64,000 nucleotides of DNA from Torpedo marmorata. Lineage: Eukaryota. This document shows positions 11,591 to 24,997 of this stretch, one piece after another. A program made the position numbers and the translations under genes. The stretch lies in assembly GCA_977017645.1 (NCBI GenBank), contig OZ360236.1:31682001-31746000 (forward strand), in the 5' to 3' direction. A model generated the notes under the pieces. It was not told the DNA's origin. It saw only the letters and a program-made list of their open reading frames with translations, and ran no database searches. Position 1 is the first letter of the stretch; every line of letters starts with the position of its first letter.

Positions 11591-14500
11591 TTCTCTCCAT
11601 CAGTGCTGTCCACCAGGGCTTGGAATGAGAAGCAAGAAAAAAGCTAGCAAGTTTATCATCACTGTCAAACTTAAGGAAGAAAGAGCCATTTGTACCTTAA
11701 TATTATCATTGAAATTGCAAACACGTAAAGAACACAGTCACCTCACCACTACTAACTTCTCTCAAATCCTTAAAAAGGGATGAAAGGAAAAGCATAAGCA
11801 ACAGAGGGAAACGGGCCTAAACGGTGAATGGTGTGGAGGGAAATAGTAGTGAAGAGCATTAGTGGTCTGATATAAAGTACATTTTTGCTGACATGCCACA
11901 GTGATTTGTTCAGATGTACTGGGTTATTCAGAATGCAGCTGCTATATTTAGAGTGCCTCTGGCAGGTGTCATCTTCTTCATTTACATATGTATGACTCTT
12001 TTTGGGTATGAGCTCTGGATGCCCTTTCATTGAGCAAAATCTACCAACATTAGTGGTGGCACTCAGCCAGCTCATGAGGGCACATTATATTAGAGGCTAA
12101 GTGGAATGTTTGGCAGCCAAACTAAGAGTACAGCCCTATTGAATTTGCAAGCCTCCTTCTCTGATGAATAGTACAGTACAAGATTAATGAACTGCTGTGT
12201 AGACACTTACCAGCCCTTACCTGTTACCATTGCCTGCCATACTTAGCTGATATGAAAGATAAATGGAAGTTTGAGCTGTCAAAATATATAATTACACTCA
12301 TCTTTCCTATGCAGTTTCTAAACTTGTATCTCCAACCAGTGCTTCTGTGACATTGTGTTTTCCTCCATTAAGTTGCTCCTTTATATCCCTTCACTTTATC
12401 TCCCTCCTCCAACTGCTTGAAAGTTTTAACTCAACCTCAATTTGACTCTCTTCACCCCAACTCCTTGACATTACTTCCATCCCTAAAAGCCACCTGAAAC
12501 TGTATCACTATTTCCCTTACCACCAATACCTCACAAAGAACGATTGCCTCAGCTGTCCAGTCACCACTGACAGCACAAAAGAAACCTGAATCGCCCTTCA
12601 GCTCTGTCAAAGTATTCAGAAGGAAAGCGAAAGCGAGAGTGAGAGAAACATAGGCTAAGTAGCAATAGCTAATACTGCTCCTGCAGCAGTACCATAGGAG
12701 GTCAGTCTTTTGTTCAGAGTGCATCGGTCATATACTGTCGGGTAGAAAATAATCACAGCATGGTCAGGACATTCATTCAACTGGACACAAATTTAGAACC
12801 ACCCTTTGACTGACCCCAGGTTTTAATTGAGTGAAATTGAACAGCTAGCAGCTAAACATTGCCAACATTTTCTTGATTTCAATTTAATTAGAAACAATGC
12901 CACAGGAAATCTGCTAATATTATACGAAAATATGAATAGAGTTAAAAATGTATAAAAAATTAAATTTGTTTTACACTTAAATATATAATGTCAAATGCAC
13001 AATCTTTATCTTGCAGAAGTTCTGGATGCAAAGGTATGGCTCCGCAGCAGTCAGTCACAAGTTCAGTCCTTCACTGGTGCAAGTTGCAGCTTGATTCAAC
13101 TGGTAACAACCTCATCATTCAAGTCATGTTTCATTCAAAAACTCACCTTATAATCTATGCTGATAAGTCACTGCTGCACTATGGGAATTGTTACAGACAC
13201 TGCTTTCTGATAAGTGGCTGAAAGGTCTACTTAGTCATGGCAGTATTCAGAGAGCATCACATTTTCCTGGGCACTATTCCAGTTCCAACAGTCACCGAAC
13301 TCAGTCTAATACAATATTCATCTCTCAGATTGGCCGTCATTTGTTTACATAATATCTCATGGCACACCAATACCAAATAATTGTCCAATACTAAGATGTC
13401 TTGAGGCATTGATATATTTGTCCTCCTGTGAATTATCACCCACATGAAGAATTTGAACTCCTCCTGGGAGATGGGACAGATGTTGCAGGGAAATGCCAGT
13501 GTCGTAAATTACCAGGAAGTTCAGGATTTCCACATATATATCTTTGTACAAGGCCTAAACTGTTCATGGGTTGTTTTTAATTATGCAATTACACTGCACT
13601 TAGTGGGGAATCTCCTGGAACAATTTGTACCAGGTCAGAAGGGGGGCAGGAAGCCCTCCACCATTTGATTTCAAGAAGAAAAGCTATGAGAAATTAATAT
13701 ATTGATTGCCATGACTAGATTAATTTTTATTGTTTGACATCAGTTGACATGTTTTCCATATGTAGCATTTTAGTTTTATTTCTTGACTTGTATTATTTTT
13801 TTAAAAATTGTTCCCCAAATAGTTTGAATGCTGTATTTCCATGGTTTTCCAACAGCTTAGAAATCTGGCTGAGCCAAGTGACGCATTTTAGATTGATATC
13901 AATATTCTTCAAACAAATTTTTTAATGGGCTTATTCTGCTCACTTCCTATGTTGCACAATTTAGTCAGCACTGATCTAGACTGGGGCTCGTTGCTGGGGT
14001 TGGAGCAGGCTTTATCCAGAGAGTGGCAGATTCACACAAGGCAGGTGCAGACTTTATTCAAAGGACAGCAGCGTTTGTGGATGTATTACCATGTTCCGCA
14101 AAAGTTCACCCATTAGCACAAAAGGAAGTTGCACCTACATAGAACGTTCTCCAAGAGCTTTTGGGGTCTCCCATACAGGATCACACTGTGCAGTTTAGAA
14201 GCTTGGGAGCAGAGATGGTTGTCACTTAAAGAATTAACTTTACCATTCTCAGTCTCTGTTCATGTGAGCAGACATGCAGACTCTGCTTGGTAAGACTGCT
14301 TATACTACAGCTGAGAACCCAAAGCAACCATCAGGTGTGATCGGGCAGCATCTGTCATGATGGAAACACTGTTAACACTTCAGATTTGTGACCCTTCGTG
14401 AGAACTGGAGGATGATTCTGGAGGATGAACTGGAGGAGAAAGCTGCAGTGATATAGGAATAGAAAGTTGGAAAGGAATGTCTGCAGGGAGAAAAATTAAT

Positions 14501-14922
14501 TTTACAGCAGGATGATCGGCCATTTTGGCAGACAAAGGCTGGTTATCTGAAATTATTGAAGTCAATATAAAGACCCATTGAGCTGTATTGGACTATGTGG
14601 GAGGCAAATAGGTTAGAGAGGGAATGAGATGGGGACAAGCAATTGAAAATAAAGGGACAGGAATAAAACAGTTCCGCTTGTCAGGAACTGAAACTGCAAC
14701 TGCAGCCACAATTTCAGGATGGTACAGGACAATCCCCTTGAGAGAAATAAGCCAGAGGCTATTTACAATTCCTTCACCACCTCCCTCCAACTAGCTTTCT
14801 GAAGCAACCTTTTGCAGCTGCCTCACCTCTGTGCCACATAACTCGTTTTTTTTTAAAAACAGATTATTTTGACACAACTTTGAATAAATTGACCTCACAT
14901 ACCAAAACACTTCCCAATATCA

Positions 14923-16846
14923 CCGTATATTTCGGCGTATAAGTCGACCGGCAGATAAGTCGACCCCCCTTTTTCAGCCTAATTTTAATGGTTTTATGGT
15001 ATATCCGGCGTATAAGTCGATCCCCAAAAATCGCAATGCCTGAGATGTTGCGCATTGACCGGCGTATAAGTCGACCCTCAAAAATCGCGATGATTGAGCT
15101 GCTGGGCGTTGACAGGCGTATAGGTCGACCCACAACGATCGCGCTGATTGAGCTGCTGGGCGTTGGCTGGAGGTGATTGTTATCATGGAGGGTCAATTGA
15201 AACGACAAAAGTATGAGGCGAGTTTTAAATTGAAAGTTATAGAAATGGCCAAGAAAACCAACAACTGTGCTGCTGCAAGAAAATTTGATATATATGAGAA
15301 GTTGGTAAGAGATTGGAGGAAGAAAGAAGATACTTTAAGAAAAATACCAAAAAGGCAATGTTCGATGAGAAGAGGAATCACTCGTTGGCCAGAGTTGGAA
15401 AATCACGTCGCAACATGGGTACGTGAACAGAGGCAAGATTGCTACATAGTCACCCGAAATAAAATAAGAACATTTGCACTGAACTGGGCAAAGTCGCACC
15501 CAGAACTCAGTAATGATTTTGAAGCTACAGTAGGCTGGTGCAACCGTTTTATGAACAGGAAAAATCTGGTATTACGACAAAAAACTAAAATTGCTCAGAA
15601 GACAAAAAACTAAAATTGCTCAGAAACTACCAAAAGAACTTGATCATAAAGTTGTAAGTTTTCACCAGTTTATTTTACGTAACCGGCAGAAACACAAGTT
15701 TGCATTGGCAAATATTGGAAACATGGACGAAACCCCCATGAATTTTGACATGATAGGCAGTAGAACAGTGGAATGGAAAGGTGTGAAAACTGTGCAAATG
15801 AGGAGTACAGGACATGAAAGGACCAGGTTTACCGTGGTGTTATCATGCATGGCCGACGGGACAAAGTTAAGACCCATGGTAATCTTCAAATGCAAATTTA
15901 AACCTAAAATAAAATTCCCTGCAGGTATTTTTGTACATTTTCATGAAAAAGGATGGATGGATGAAAATGGTGTAAAACTATGGATAGACAATGTGTGGAA
16001 CAGGAGGCCAGGCGGTTTACGCAAGGAACGGAGTTTGCTGGTCTGGGATATGTTTCGTAGCCACTTAACTGAGAAGACTAAAAGTACATTAGCACAACAT
16101 AATACTTACATGGCGGTTATCCCGGGTGGTTTGACGTCTATATTGCAACCTCTCGATGTCTGCTTGAACAAGCCATTCAAAGACCATGTGCGTGAAGAGT
16201 GGAATACATGGATGTCGAGTGCAGAAAAATCATTTACAAAAGGCGGGGCAATGCGTGCTGCATCGCTTGATGTGCTGGTGACTTCGTGCTCAAGGCATGG
16301 GACAAAGTGAAAGTAGAGACTATAATAAAATCGTTTAAAAAATGCGGTATCTCTTGTGCAATTGATGGCACGGAAGATGATTTATCGTGGGACACTGACG
16401 ACGAAGCTGAAGACGCCTCATCAGATACAGACTGGGACCCGTACGATGACTGTTTAAACAGTGAGACCCCGGATGTGCTTGCCGAGATCTTTGCCTCAGA
16501 CGATGATAGCGAAAGTGATTTTGAAGGGTTCTAAATGTCTTGTTGTTTTCAATAAAAATGTCAATGAAAATTTGTTGCAGTCAGGTTTTTTTTTGGTTTT
16601 TCAAGGGTCGACTTATACGCCGAATCGTGTTTTCAGGGGTCGACTTATACACCAAATCGTGTTTTCAGGCGTCGACTTATACGCCGAATCGTGTTTTCAG
16701 GGGTCGACTTATACGCCGAATCGGCGTGAACTCGATTTTGAGCTGATTTTAAGGTCTCAAAAGTATATCCGGCGTATAAGTCGACCCCCGTTTTTTGAGA
16801 CATTTTTGAGGGTTTCAAGGGTCGACTTATACGCCGAAATATACGG
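14923..16846 (+). mobile_element. Full-length pogo-superfamily (DD35D, Passer/POGK-like) DNA transposon
   Basis: TIRs CCGTATATTTCGGCGTATAAGTCGAC. TA flanks the right end and CA the left. Subterminal GTCGACTTATACGCCG repeats are present. Confidence 0.93.
15185..16534 (+). pseudogene. pogo transposase (Brinker-like DBD, CENP-B HTH, DDD), two frameshifts
   Basis: YEASFKLKVIE, GWCNRFMNR, NMDET, VWDMFRSH and QPLD, with 35 residues between D2 and D3. Broken by a 25-bp duplication (15576-15625) and a 1-nt loss near 16277. Confidence 0.9.
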
Positions 16847-16856
16847 TATATTCCTT

Positions 16857-17100
16857 GGGCGGCATGGCTAGCGTAGCGGTTAGTGCAATGCTACTACAGC
16901 GCTACCAACCCAGGTTCAAACCCGACGTTGCTGTAAGGAGATTGTACGTTCTCTCTGTGTCTGCGTGGGTTTCCTTCGGGTGCTCTGGTTTCCTCCCTCC
17001 TTAAAATAAAACAAGTACGGGGGTTGTAAGTTAATTGTGGTATTTGGGCAGCACGGACTCATGGGCCGGAAGGGCCTGTTACCATGCTGTATGTCTAAAT
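16857..17100 (+). mobile_element. HE1-like V-SINE
   Basis: tRNA-like head with a GGTTCAAACCC B box, V-domain GTGTCTGCGTGGGTTTCC.CGGGTGCTC.GGTTTCCTCCC, and a CR1-like tail ATGGGCCG.AAGGGCCTGTT. Confidence 0.85.
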
Positions 17101-17757
17101 TTAAAAATTATATTTAATACAATTTTTTCATGCAGATTTCAATCCTTTTCAACATAGTTGGCTGGCATGGAGGATTCAGGCACAAACTTTATTGATCGGG
17201 AGTCTCCAATAAATTGTGATCACTGTAGGCACATGAACACTTTACAAATTTACAGCCTTTACAAATTCCTCCCTTCTTTATTCCAGAGGAGGTGTTAACC
17301 CATTTGTTTTAAGTGGCTAATGAAGTTCTCAAAATATTCCTCTGGAATTATGTTTTGACATTATATAATTCCTTGTATTTTCCAGGGTAAACAAGTTAAA
17401 TGCAGATTTACTTCTCTGGTTGGTACACTTCAAATCAAAGCACACATGGTCTAGAAAATATCAAAAAGGCATCTTGCTAGTTCTATTGGAATTAGATCTT
17501 TCACTCTGTCAACTTGAAACAACAAGAATTTAAATTGAAATTAAAACAGAATTATGGGGCTGGGCCTTAACTAATGCCACATGACAGGACTCTTGGAAAA
17601 GAAAGCACATTTTCCTTGCTGTTCAACCATGTGTTCATTATTGGATAAAACTCTAGAAAATTGCATTTTACCTGCAGATTACCATGGATTAATTTACCAT
17701 TACAATTTAAAATGAGTAGACTTACAAAACTAAAGATCACAAAACTGACCATGTCCT

Positions 17758-17859
17758 CAGCTCAGTGATTCATGATTTGATATTGTGGGTGTCATTTGCG
17801 ATCCAATGCATTCCTTCAAAAACAGCACTCACAATATCAAATCGTGCTTCACTGAGCTG
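17758..17859 (+). repeat. Hairpin with 34-bp arms
   Basis: Arms 17758-17791 and 17826-17859 pair with 2 mismatches and 2 G-U pairs on the + strand. Confidence 0.85.
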
Positions 17860-18554
17860 GGAGGAAATTCCACCAAAATAAATGAGCAAACATCTGCACC
17901 ATTGAGGGTTAAACTAGAATGGCCATTGGGGGTTAACGCTTAGAAACTATATACGTCAGCACTGCTTGCTGGACCCAAGGATTGTGTTCACTTTGTGCTG
18001 TTGGTGACTTGACTGATATTGGCACTCAACAGGAATGACCAGAAGCCTCTAGAACAGCAGACTTCATTTGAACAACACCCTTCAACATCACTGACATTTC
18101 AAGCACCACAATCAAATTCCCCATTCACCAGAAAAATGTTTGGTTCTTTAAGCTTCTTCAATTAATTTTCTAAGACTGGTTTTCCCCAGGTTATCCCTTA
18201 GGTCACCCTTTTGGTGTTCACATACAAATTCCCTTTCAATTAATTTCAGAATTTTTAAAAGTGTCCTAGCTTTTGAAATCTTCTTGACAATCTGAATAAT
18301 TCGCCTTGGTCAATACTATTATCCTGGTGATCCTTGCGTCTTCTTGAAACGCCACTTCCTTGGAACATACATACCCACATCATGAGACAAAGGGCCTGAT
18401 TTCGTGGGGGTGTGCCAACATTTGGGATCTTTACGAATGCACTGAAGCAGTTTCAAACTTGGCAAAACCTGTTCACCTGCAATTTTCTTCCAATACTCCA
18501 TCACTGGACTCTTTGCAAAAGAGTTCAGAGGCAAAGCATAAAGTTGCTTTAATT

Positions 18555-18835
18555 CCCAGGCCATGCCCTCTTCACTCTGCTTCCATCGGGAAAAAGGCAC
18601 AGGAGCCTAAAGACGAGCACTCAACGGCACAAGGACAGCTTCTTCCCCGCTGCCATCAGATTCCTGAATAATCAATGAACCAAAGACACTGCCTTACTTT
18701 TCGTGCACTATTGTTTATAATTTTTTATAGTAATGTCGTAAGATGGTTAATATTAATGTTAATTGTACTATGATGCTGCCGCAAAACACCGAATTTCATG
18801 ACTTGTTCATGATAATAAATTCTGATTCTGATTCT
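18555..18835 (+). mobile_element. Rex1/Babar LINE 3' end
   Basis: PGHALFTLLPSGKR motif and AATAAATTCTGATTCTGATTC tail. Confidence 0.85.
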
Positions 18836-20578
18836 TAGCATGCAACACTGGAGAATACTCTTAATAACCTCATTCACTAGGCATGTGGAGTTCGCTTCAT
18901 CAATTTCAATAAGAGAGGACTAGTGTACATGTTAGAAACTTTGGGTCCTCTTTACATGGCTTTGAGTTTAAACAACCTTTTGAAAGACCAATTTTAAATG
19001 TTTTAATCATCTCCTATCCTCACGAACTTCAGGTCATCACTGATAGTTTTAATAACTAATCAGAGGGCATGACTCAGCTGCCCATCAAAATGATTTCAAC
19101 ATTGAATGCTAAAGTTGTATTTTGTTTCTCTCTGTGACCACCAGGGCCGGATTAAGCTAGTGCGGGGCCTGTAGCATATGTTATAATGGGGCCCTAAATT
19201 AAAAAATACACATAAATATTAAAACATCTAGTGGTTTAAAAGAGAGAACAAAAGGGGCAAGTAGGACACCAAATGCCAGGGGAAGCTAAATTCAGAGAAG
19301 AGAGATGAACTCAAAGCGATAAATCATTGCAAATGCAGCCTCTCGCATTTTATGAATGGATACAAACTTACGTGGGTGACTTGAGGACATAGGTCCTCCG
19401 GCTTAGTGGCGACTCGGAGAAAGTCTGCCGTGGTCTATTCTAAACACGGCAGTGTAACAAACCGCATGCTATTGTTTTTTTCAGAATGACGGAGTGAGGG
19501 GGTGCGCTTTAAGCTTATCGGGTAGCAGGCGGATAAATTTTTTCCCTTAGGGGATTGCGTAATTTTTAGGGCGGCTATAGAAGGGCTACCTGGCTACGGC
19601 AACTCTTTTAGCCCACAACTAGATTAGCATATTCATGAGGCTGTAATTTAATCCAGAATTGTCCACACTTGCATAGTGGCCAGGATTTACTGTGCAAATA
19701 GACTGGTTTTACAGGCTGCTGCTTAATTAACTCATCAAGGCCATCTTCTCACTAAAAGACAATCTAGCTAGATTAATCTGCCTTTGTTTGCTGCTGTTCC
19801 TTCCTTTTGTGGTAAACATCAGGATTTGTAAAGGGAAGCAAGAGTCATTGCTTTGCACTTAGTCAATGTTATTTTCAGCTAACCCTTCCTCACAACTACT
19901 AACTACATGACCTGAAAGATTTTGTTTCCTGAACGCAACATTATCATCCGCCTATGAACTTCTAGTGTAACTGCTTTTGCACAGTCACTGCGTGATTTTC
20001 AACATAATTGGTAAATCAGTTATCACCGTGCTTCTTCTAATCCACCAGCAATAATGTTGCCTTCCTTGCAGATTGCTGCGGCTTCGTGCCATGTCGCCTG
20101 TTTTGTCTTTAGGATGGGTGGGGAGTGGGGGATCGCTTTCTCAGCTTTGTTGAAAATAACAATTGTTTTAGCTTGCCTTTATTATCCTACCTTTTAACAA
20201 GAACCGTTGTGCTTATTTAATAGGATGTATTGTTATTTGCATAATCATCCATGTATTAAAACAGCATTTGGTCTTTTGACGAAAGATTGCCTCTTTCAAA
20301 AGAAAGCAGGCAAAAAGTGTTACAAAGTTAAAAAAAAAGTGCAGAAGAATTCGTTCTTTGTTCAGACCAGATTCGATCACCTCATGGCGATCTTTTAGAT
20401 CACCTGGTTTTTGCGGGGATGGAAAGATGTGTCCCTATCTCTGGATCCATCCCATTCCGAAGCGAAAAGGTGCATGTCAGAGCTGAGTCAGCTGGTTCTG
20501 CCTGGGATTCCCTGTCCCGAGCAAACCAGTTTGACGATTTGCCTCTGCAAAGGTATTGTTATTGAGCAATAAAGAAGT

Positions 20579-22685
20579 AAACACGAAAATCTGTAGACAC
20601 CGTAATAATGTAGTAAAAAACACAAAAGCTGGAGAACTCAGCAGGTCAAACAGTGTCTTTTATGTAGCAAAGGTAGAAATACATAACCGACGTTTCGGGC
20701 TTGAGCCCTTCATCAAAGTATGAGAAAATGCCGGCAGGCGTCCGAACAAAGGAGTGAGGGGGGAAGGGGGTGGCAAAGGCAGGAGATGATAGGTGGAGAA
20801 AGGAGGGAGGGGACAGCAACAAAGAGGGGGAGGAGGGATGGCTGGGTGGGTGGAAAAAAACAGGAAGGACAGGTGAGGGGGGAGGGGAAGGGAACGACAA
20901 GCAGGTTTAGTGAAAAGCAGAAAAGTCAATGTTAATGCCATCTGGTTGGAGAGTGCCGAGACGGAATATGAGATGTTGTTCCTCCAATTTGCGGGTAGTC
21001 TGGGTGGGATAGTACATGAGGCCATGGACAGACATGTGAGCGTGGCAGTGTGACCCAGAATTGAAATGGTTGGCTACTGGGAGGTCGCTGTTGTTGCGGA
21101 CGGAGAGGAGGTGCTCAGCAAAGCGGTCTCCCAATCTACGACCGGTCTCTCCAATGTATAGAAAGCCACAAAGGGAGCACCGGATGCAGTAGATAAGTCC
21201 TCTGGATGTACAAGTGAAGTGTAGTTTCACTTGGAAGGCCTGTTTGGGGCCCTGGACCGTGGTGAGGTGTGGGCGCAGGAGTTGCACCTCCTGCGGGCAC
21301 AGGGGAAGGTTCCGGGGGTGCGATGGGTGGGGAGGGACGAGTGCACGAGTGAATCGCGGAGGGAGCGGTCCCTATGGAAGGCCGAGAGGGGAGGAGAAGC
21401 AAAAATGTGTCTGGTGGTGGGATCCTGCAGCAAGTGCCGGAAATTCCGGCGGATAATGTGTTGGACGCGGAGGCTGGTGGGGTGGTAGGTGAGGATGAGG
21501 GGTACTCTATGTTTGTTGCGTCTGGGGGCAGAGGGGGCCAGGGCAGATGAGCGGGAAATGGAGGAGATGCGGGTGAGGGCTGAGTTGATGGTGGTGGAGG
21601 GGAAGCCACGTTTGTGGAAAAAGGCAGACATTTCAGAAGATCTGGAGTGGAACACCTCATCTTGGGAACAGATGCGGCGGAGGCGGAGAAATTGAGAGAA
21701 GGGGATGGAGTCCTTGCAGGGGACAGGGTGTGAGGATGTGTAGTCCAGATAGTTGTGGGAGTTGGAGGGTTTGTAGTAAATGTCGGTGGAAAGCTTGTCT
21801 CCCGAGATGGAGACAGAGAGATCCAGGAAGGGGAGAGTGTTATCGGAGATGGACCAGGTGATTTTGAGATCGTGGTGAAAGTTGGATGCGAAGTGGATGA
21901 AGTTGACAAGCTCATCGTGGGTGCATGAGGCAGCCCCGATGTAGTCGTCGATATACCAGAGGAAGAGATGAGGGGTCTTGCCTGTGTAGGCTTGCAGTAT
22001 GGATTGCTCCACAAAGCCCACAAACAGGCAGGCGTAGCTGGGACCCATGCGGGTACCCATGGCTACTCCTTTGATTTGGAGGAAGTGGGATGAGTTGAAG
22101 GAGAAGTTATTGATAGTGAGGACAAGTTCTGCCAGGCGGAGGAGGGTGGTGGTAGAGGGTGACTGGTCGGGTCTTTGGTCCAGGAAGAAGCGAAGTGCTT
22201 TCAGACCTTCTGTGTGGGGGATAGAGGTATAAAGGGATTGGACATCCATGGTGAAGATGATGCGGTCCGGTTCAGGGAATCTGAAGTCATTGAGGAGATG
22301 GAGGGCATGTGAGGTGTCGCGGATGTAGGTGGGGAGGGATTGGACCAGGGGAGAAAAGATGGAGTCAAGGTAAGATGAAACTAGTTCGGTGGGGCAGGAG
22401 CAGGCAGAAACAATGGGTCTGCCCGGATGGTTGGGTTTGTGTATCTTGGGTAGAAGGTAGAAACGGGCAGTGCGGGGGTGGAGGAGAATGAGGTTGGTGG
22501 CCGTGGAGGGGAGGTGACCGTAGGTGATGAGGTCGGAGATGGTGTTGGAGACAGTGGCTTGATGTGCTGTGGTGGGGTCCTGTGGGAGGGGTAGGTAGGA
22601 GGAGGTGTCTGAGAGTTGTCGACTGGCCTCGGCAAGGTAGAGGTCAGTGCGCCAGACCACAACCGCACCGCCCTTGTCTGCGGGT
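20579..22685 (-). mobile_element. Penelope-like element, 5'-truncated, young
   Basis: ORF 21227-22660 is RT (GRPIVS, MDVQSLYTSIP, GVAMGTRMGPSYA, YIDD). A frameshift leads to the GIY-YIG endonuclease 20907-21287 (LIYCIRC..C..LYIGETGR). Confidence 0.93.
20682..20722 (-). ncRNA. Minimal type I hammerhead ribozyme motif (U3 variant) in the PLE terminal repeat
   Basis: The minus strand reads CAUACU-UUGAUGA-A-GGGC-UCAA-GCCC-GAAACGUC-GGUUAUG: core, stem II, palindromic ACGU stem III, GUC site and a bulged stem I. Confidence 0.75.
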
Positions 22686-23154
22686 GTTGGAACAATGAAT
22701 CATTTGCTTTTTTACATTTCAAATCACGCCCTGTGCTCTCCACGTTCCTTAAAATGTAAAGTAAAAGATGATATATGTACTCCTACCCCCAAACTGCATG
22801 GCAGATAATCATGTTTTGAATCCGTTAATGTGAGCTCTGGCAGCACTGCACCCCTGTATAGAGCAAGTGCAGAATCACTGAATTGGAATTGATAGCTTGC
22901 AAGCATTTAGCGTGGGGCCCTTGAAAATGCGGTGCCCGTAGCATATGCTACTTTTGCTACTCGGTTAATCCGGCCCTGGTGACCACCTCACCATGATGCA
23001 TTCAGAAATTGATGATCCTGTTGGTATGCAGGGTGGCACTGCTGTACTAGGAGTTGGCAACCTAAGCAAGTTTAACAGATGATGCCATAAAATGTTAATT
23101 GAATCTGTTTCATGGGCTCAACACAGATCACAAATTCTAGGCCATTTCTGAATC

Positions 23155-23325
23155 ACCGGGATTCGAATCCCGCGCTCTCTGTAAGGAGTTTATACGTTCT
23201 CCCTGTGTCTGCATGGGTTTCCTCCCACTATTCAAAATATACCAGGGGTTGTAGGTCAATTGGGTGTAATTGGGCAGCACGGGCTTGTGGGCCGAAAGGG
23301 CCTGTTACCGTGCTGTATGTCTAAT
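23155..23325 (+). mobile_element. HE1-like SINE fragment
   Basis: GGATTCGAATCCC B box, V-domain remnant and GGGCCGAAAGGGCCTGTT tail. Confidence 0.75.
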
Positions 23326-24454
23326 AAAAAAGTTGTTCAGTGTGGCACATACACGTGTTACTGGACTGGTGGTCTCAACACTTTAAAATTCTACACTTAT
23401 ATCTGTTAAATTTAAATTATATGTAATTAAATAAAATGTGCATCATAAAGCTATTGTCAGGAGTAGTGACCTGGAAACTGACAGGGTGAGAGTTAAACTC
23501 ATTGCTTCATAAATCATCCCCAAAAGGACTGGGCTGATATTTTCAACAAATACTTCTCTCAATCCTCAATCTTTAAGCACATTTTTAATTTGCAAAGTCG
23601 TTCCTAGCTGTGCACTCCTGCTGGATTCATAACTGCTACTTTAAAAACAAGAGTTAAGCCGCCCTGAAATTTTAATCAACCTGCAATATTTTTGTTGATA
23701 CAAATCTTTTTGCACCAATAACATAATCCTTCTTTGGTCATTAATAACTATCCCTCTGGATAACTCAGGCTGGTGGTGTTTTCCAAGTGAGTTCAACTGC
23801 AATGATTTTGATCAAACTTCTTAACTCTTTAAAATAGCTGAATTTGGGCTTTGTCCTGAAAGAAAAAAAAATACCAATCTCTTACATGGCGAGTTTGTAC
23901 ATCAGCTTTTTTTTTCCCCTCTGTCAGCTGTGATGACAGAGCCTTCAAGAGAAATTTAACACAAATAAAATTTGTCAACTTGATTCACATTCTTGTGGCC
24001 CAAAAACCTATTGGCTCAAGATTTCCTCCCACAACTTCTGCATGAGAATTTATGTTTTTCAGATGTATTACACTAATTCTCAAAAAGTTAGAAATTTGTT
24101 TTAAATCACGCGTTAAAAATGCAAGAAATTGCATACTACTCTCCTGAAATTTGGCTTCATTGATCTCAATGAAATCAAGAATTGAATTTTGTGTTTAACG
24201 CATGCAAAAAAAAAAAAAAATTCCCAGTGTAATGGTCAGCACAATTCACATAACCACTAAAAAGTTCTTTCATTCATGTGCTATTTGTTGCAATGTGCAG
24301 CTTGTGCATACATTTAAAACAAATTCACCAAGAGACATTACAAGTTTCATTTTTTTCAGTGCAGTGTACATTTCTGCTTCTGCTTAATAAAATACTTCTT
24401 ACAATAATTGTGTGGCCACTTTAATTCTTCTCTTCTGCTCATAATATTTTTAAT

Positions 24455-24622
24455 TTTTGACATACATCACGGTAATCGGCCATTTCAGCCCATAAACGGT
24501 GGGAGGAAACCAGAGCCCCCGGGAAAGCCCACTCAGACGCGGGGAGAACGTACTGACAGCGCGGGATTCGAACCCCGGTCCCAATCGCTGGCGCTGTAAC
24601 AGCGTTGTGCTAACCGCTACCA
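24455..24622 (-). mobile_element. HE1-like SINE
   Basis: Reverse complement of tRNA head (GGGTTCGAATCCC), V-domain and tail. Confidence 0.75.
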
Positions 24623-24997
24623 CCTAATAATTCTTGGGAGAGGCCACCCCTGCAACTAATAGGTTACTCTGGACAGGAAGCACACAAGGTACAGGCAAAA
24701 CACCTCTCGCCTCTACAGGTGCTGCTTGACCTGCTGAGTTCTTCCAGCATTCGTTTATTTTTATTCTGGATTCCAGCATCTGCAATCTCTTGCACCCAGT
24801 ACATGTGTGATTTGGTCTATATATACATTTAGGTCAATTGCAATGAAATTGAAGTCAGGTGAATAAATCATAGAATATCACAGTGCAGGATAAGAATCAG
24901 AATTTATTGTCATGAACAAGTCATGAAATTCGGTGTTTTGCAGCAGCATCACAGTGCAATTAACATCCATATTATAACCATCTTACGACATTACTAT

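Larger units (their letters stand above)
19142..22978. mobile_element. Non-autonomous hAT-type element containing a Penelope insertion
   Basis: Perfect 14-bp TIRs CAGGGCCGGATTAA / TTAATCCGGCCCTG and 8-bp TSD GTGACCAC (19134-41 and 22979-86). Confidence 0.92.

Noticed and set aside
13017-13102. Plus-strand exon-like segment (CTTGCAG...CTG|GTAACA)
   Set aside because: Weak donor, no recognisable peptide and no partner exons.
16606-16722. Regularly spaced ~30-bp repeats resembling a CRISPR array
   Set aside because: There are no unique spacers. These are subterminal repeats of the pogo element in a eukaryotic genome.
16857-16930. tRNA-like sequence
   Set aside because: It is the head of a SINE and continues into the V-domain and LINE-like tail.
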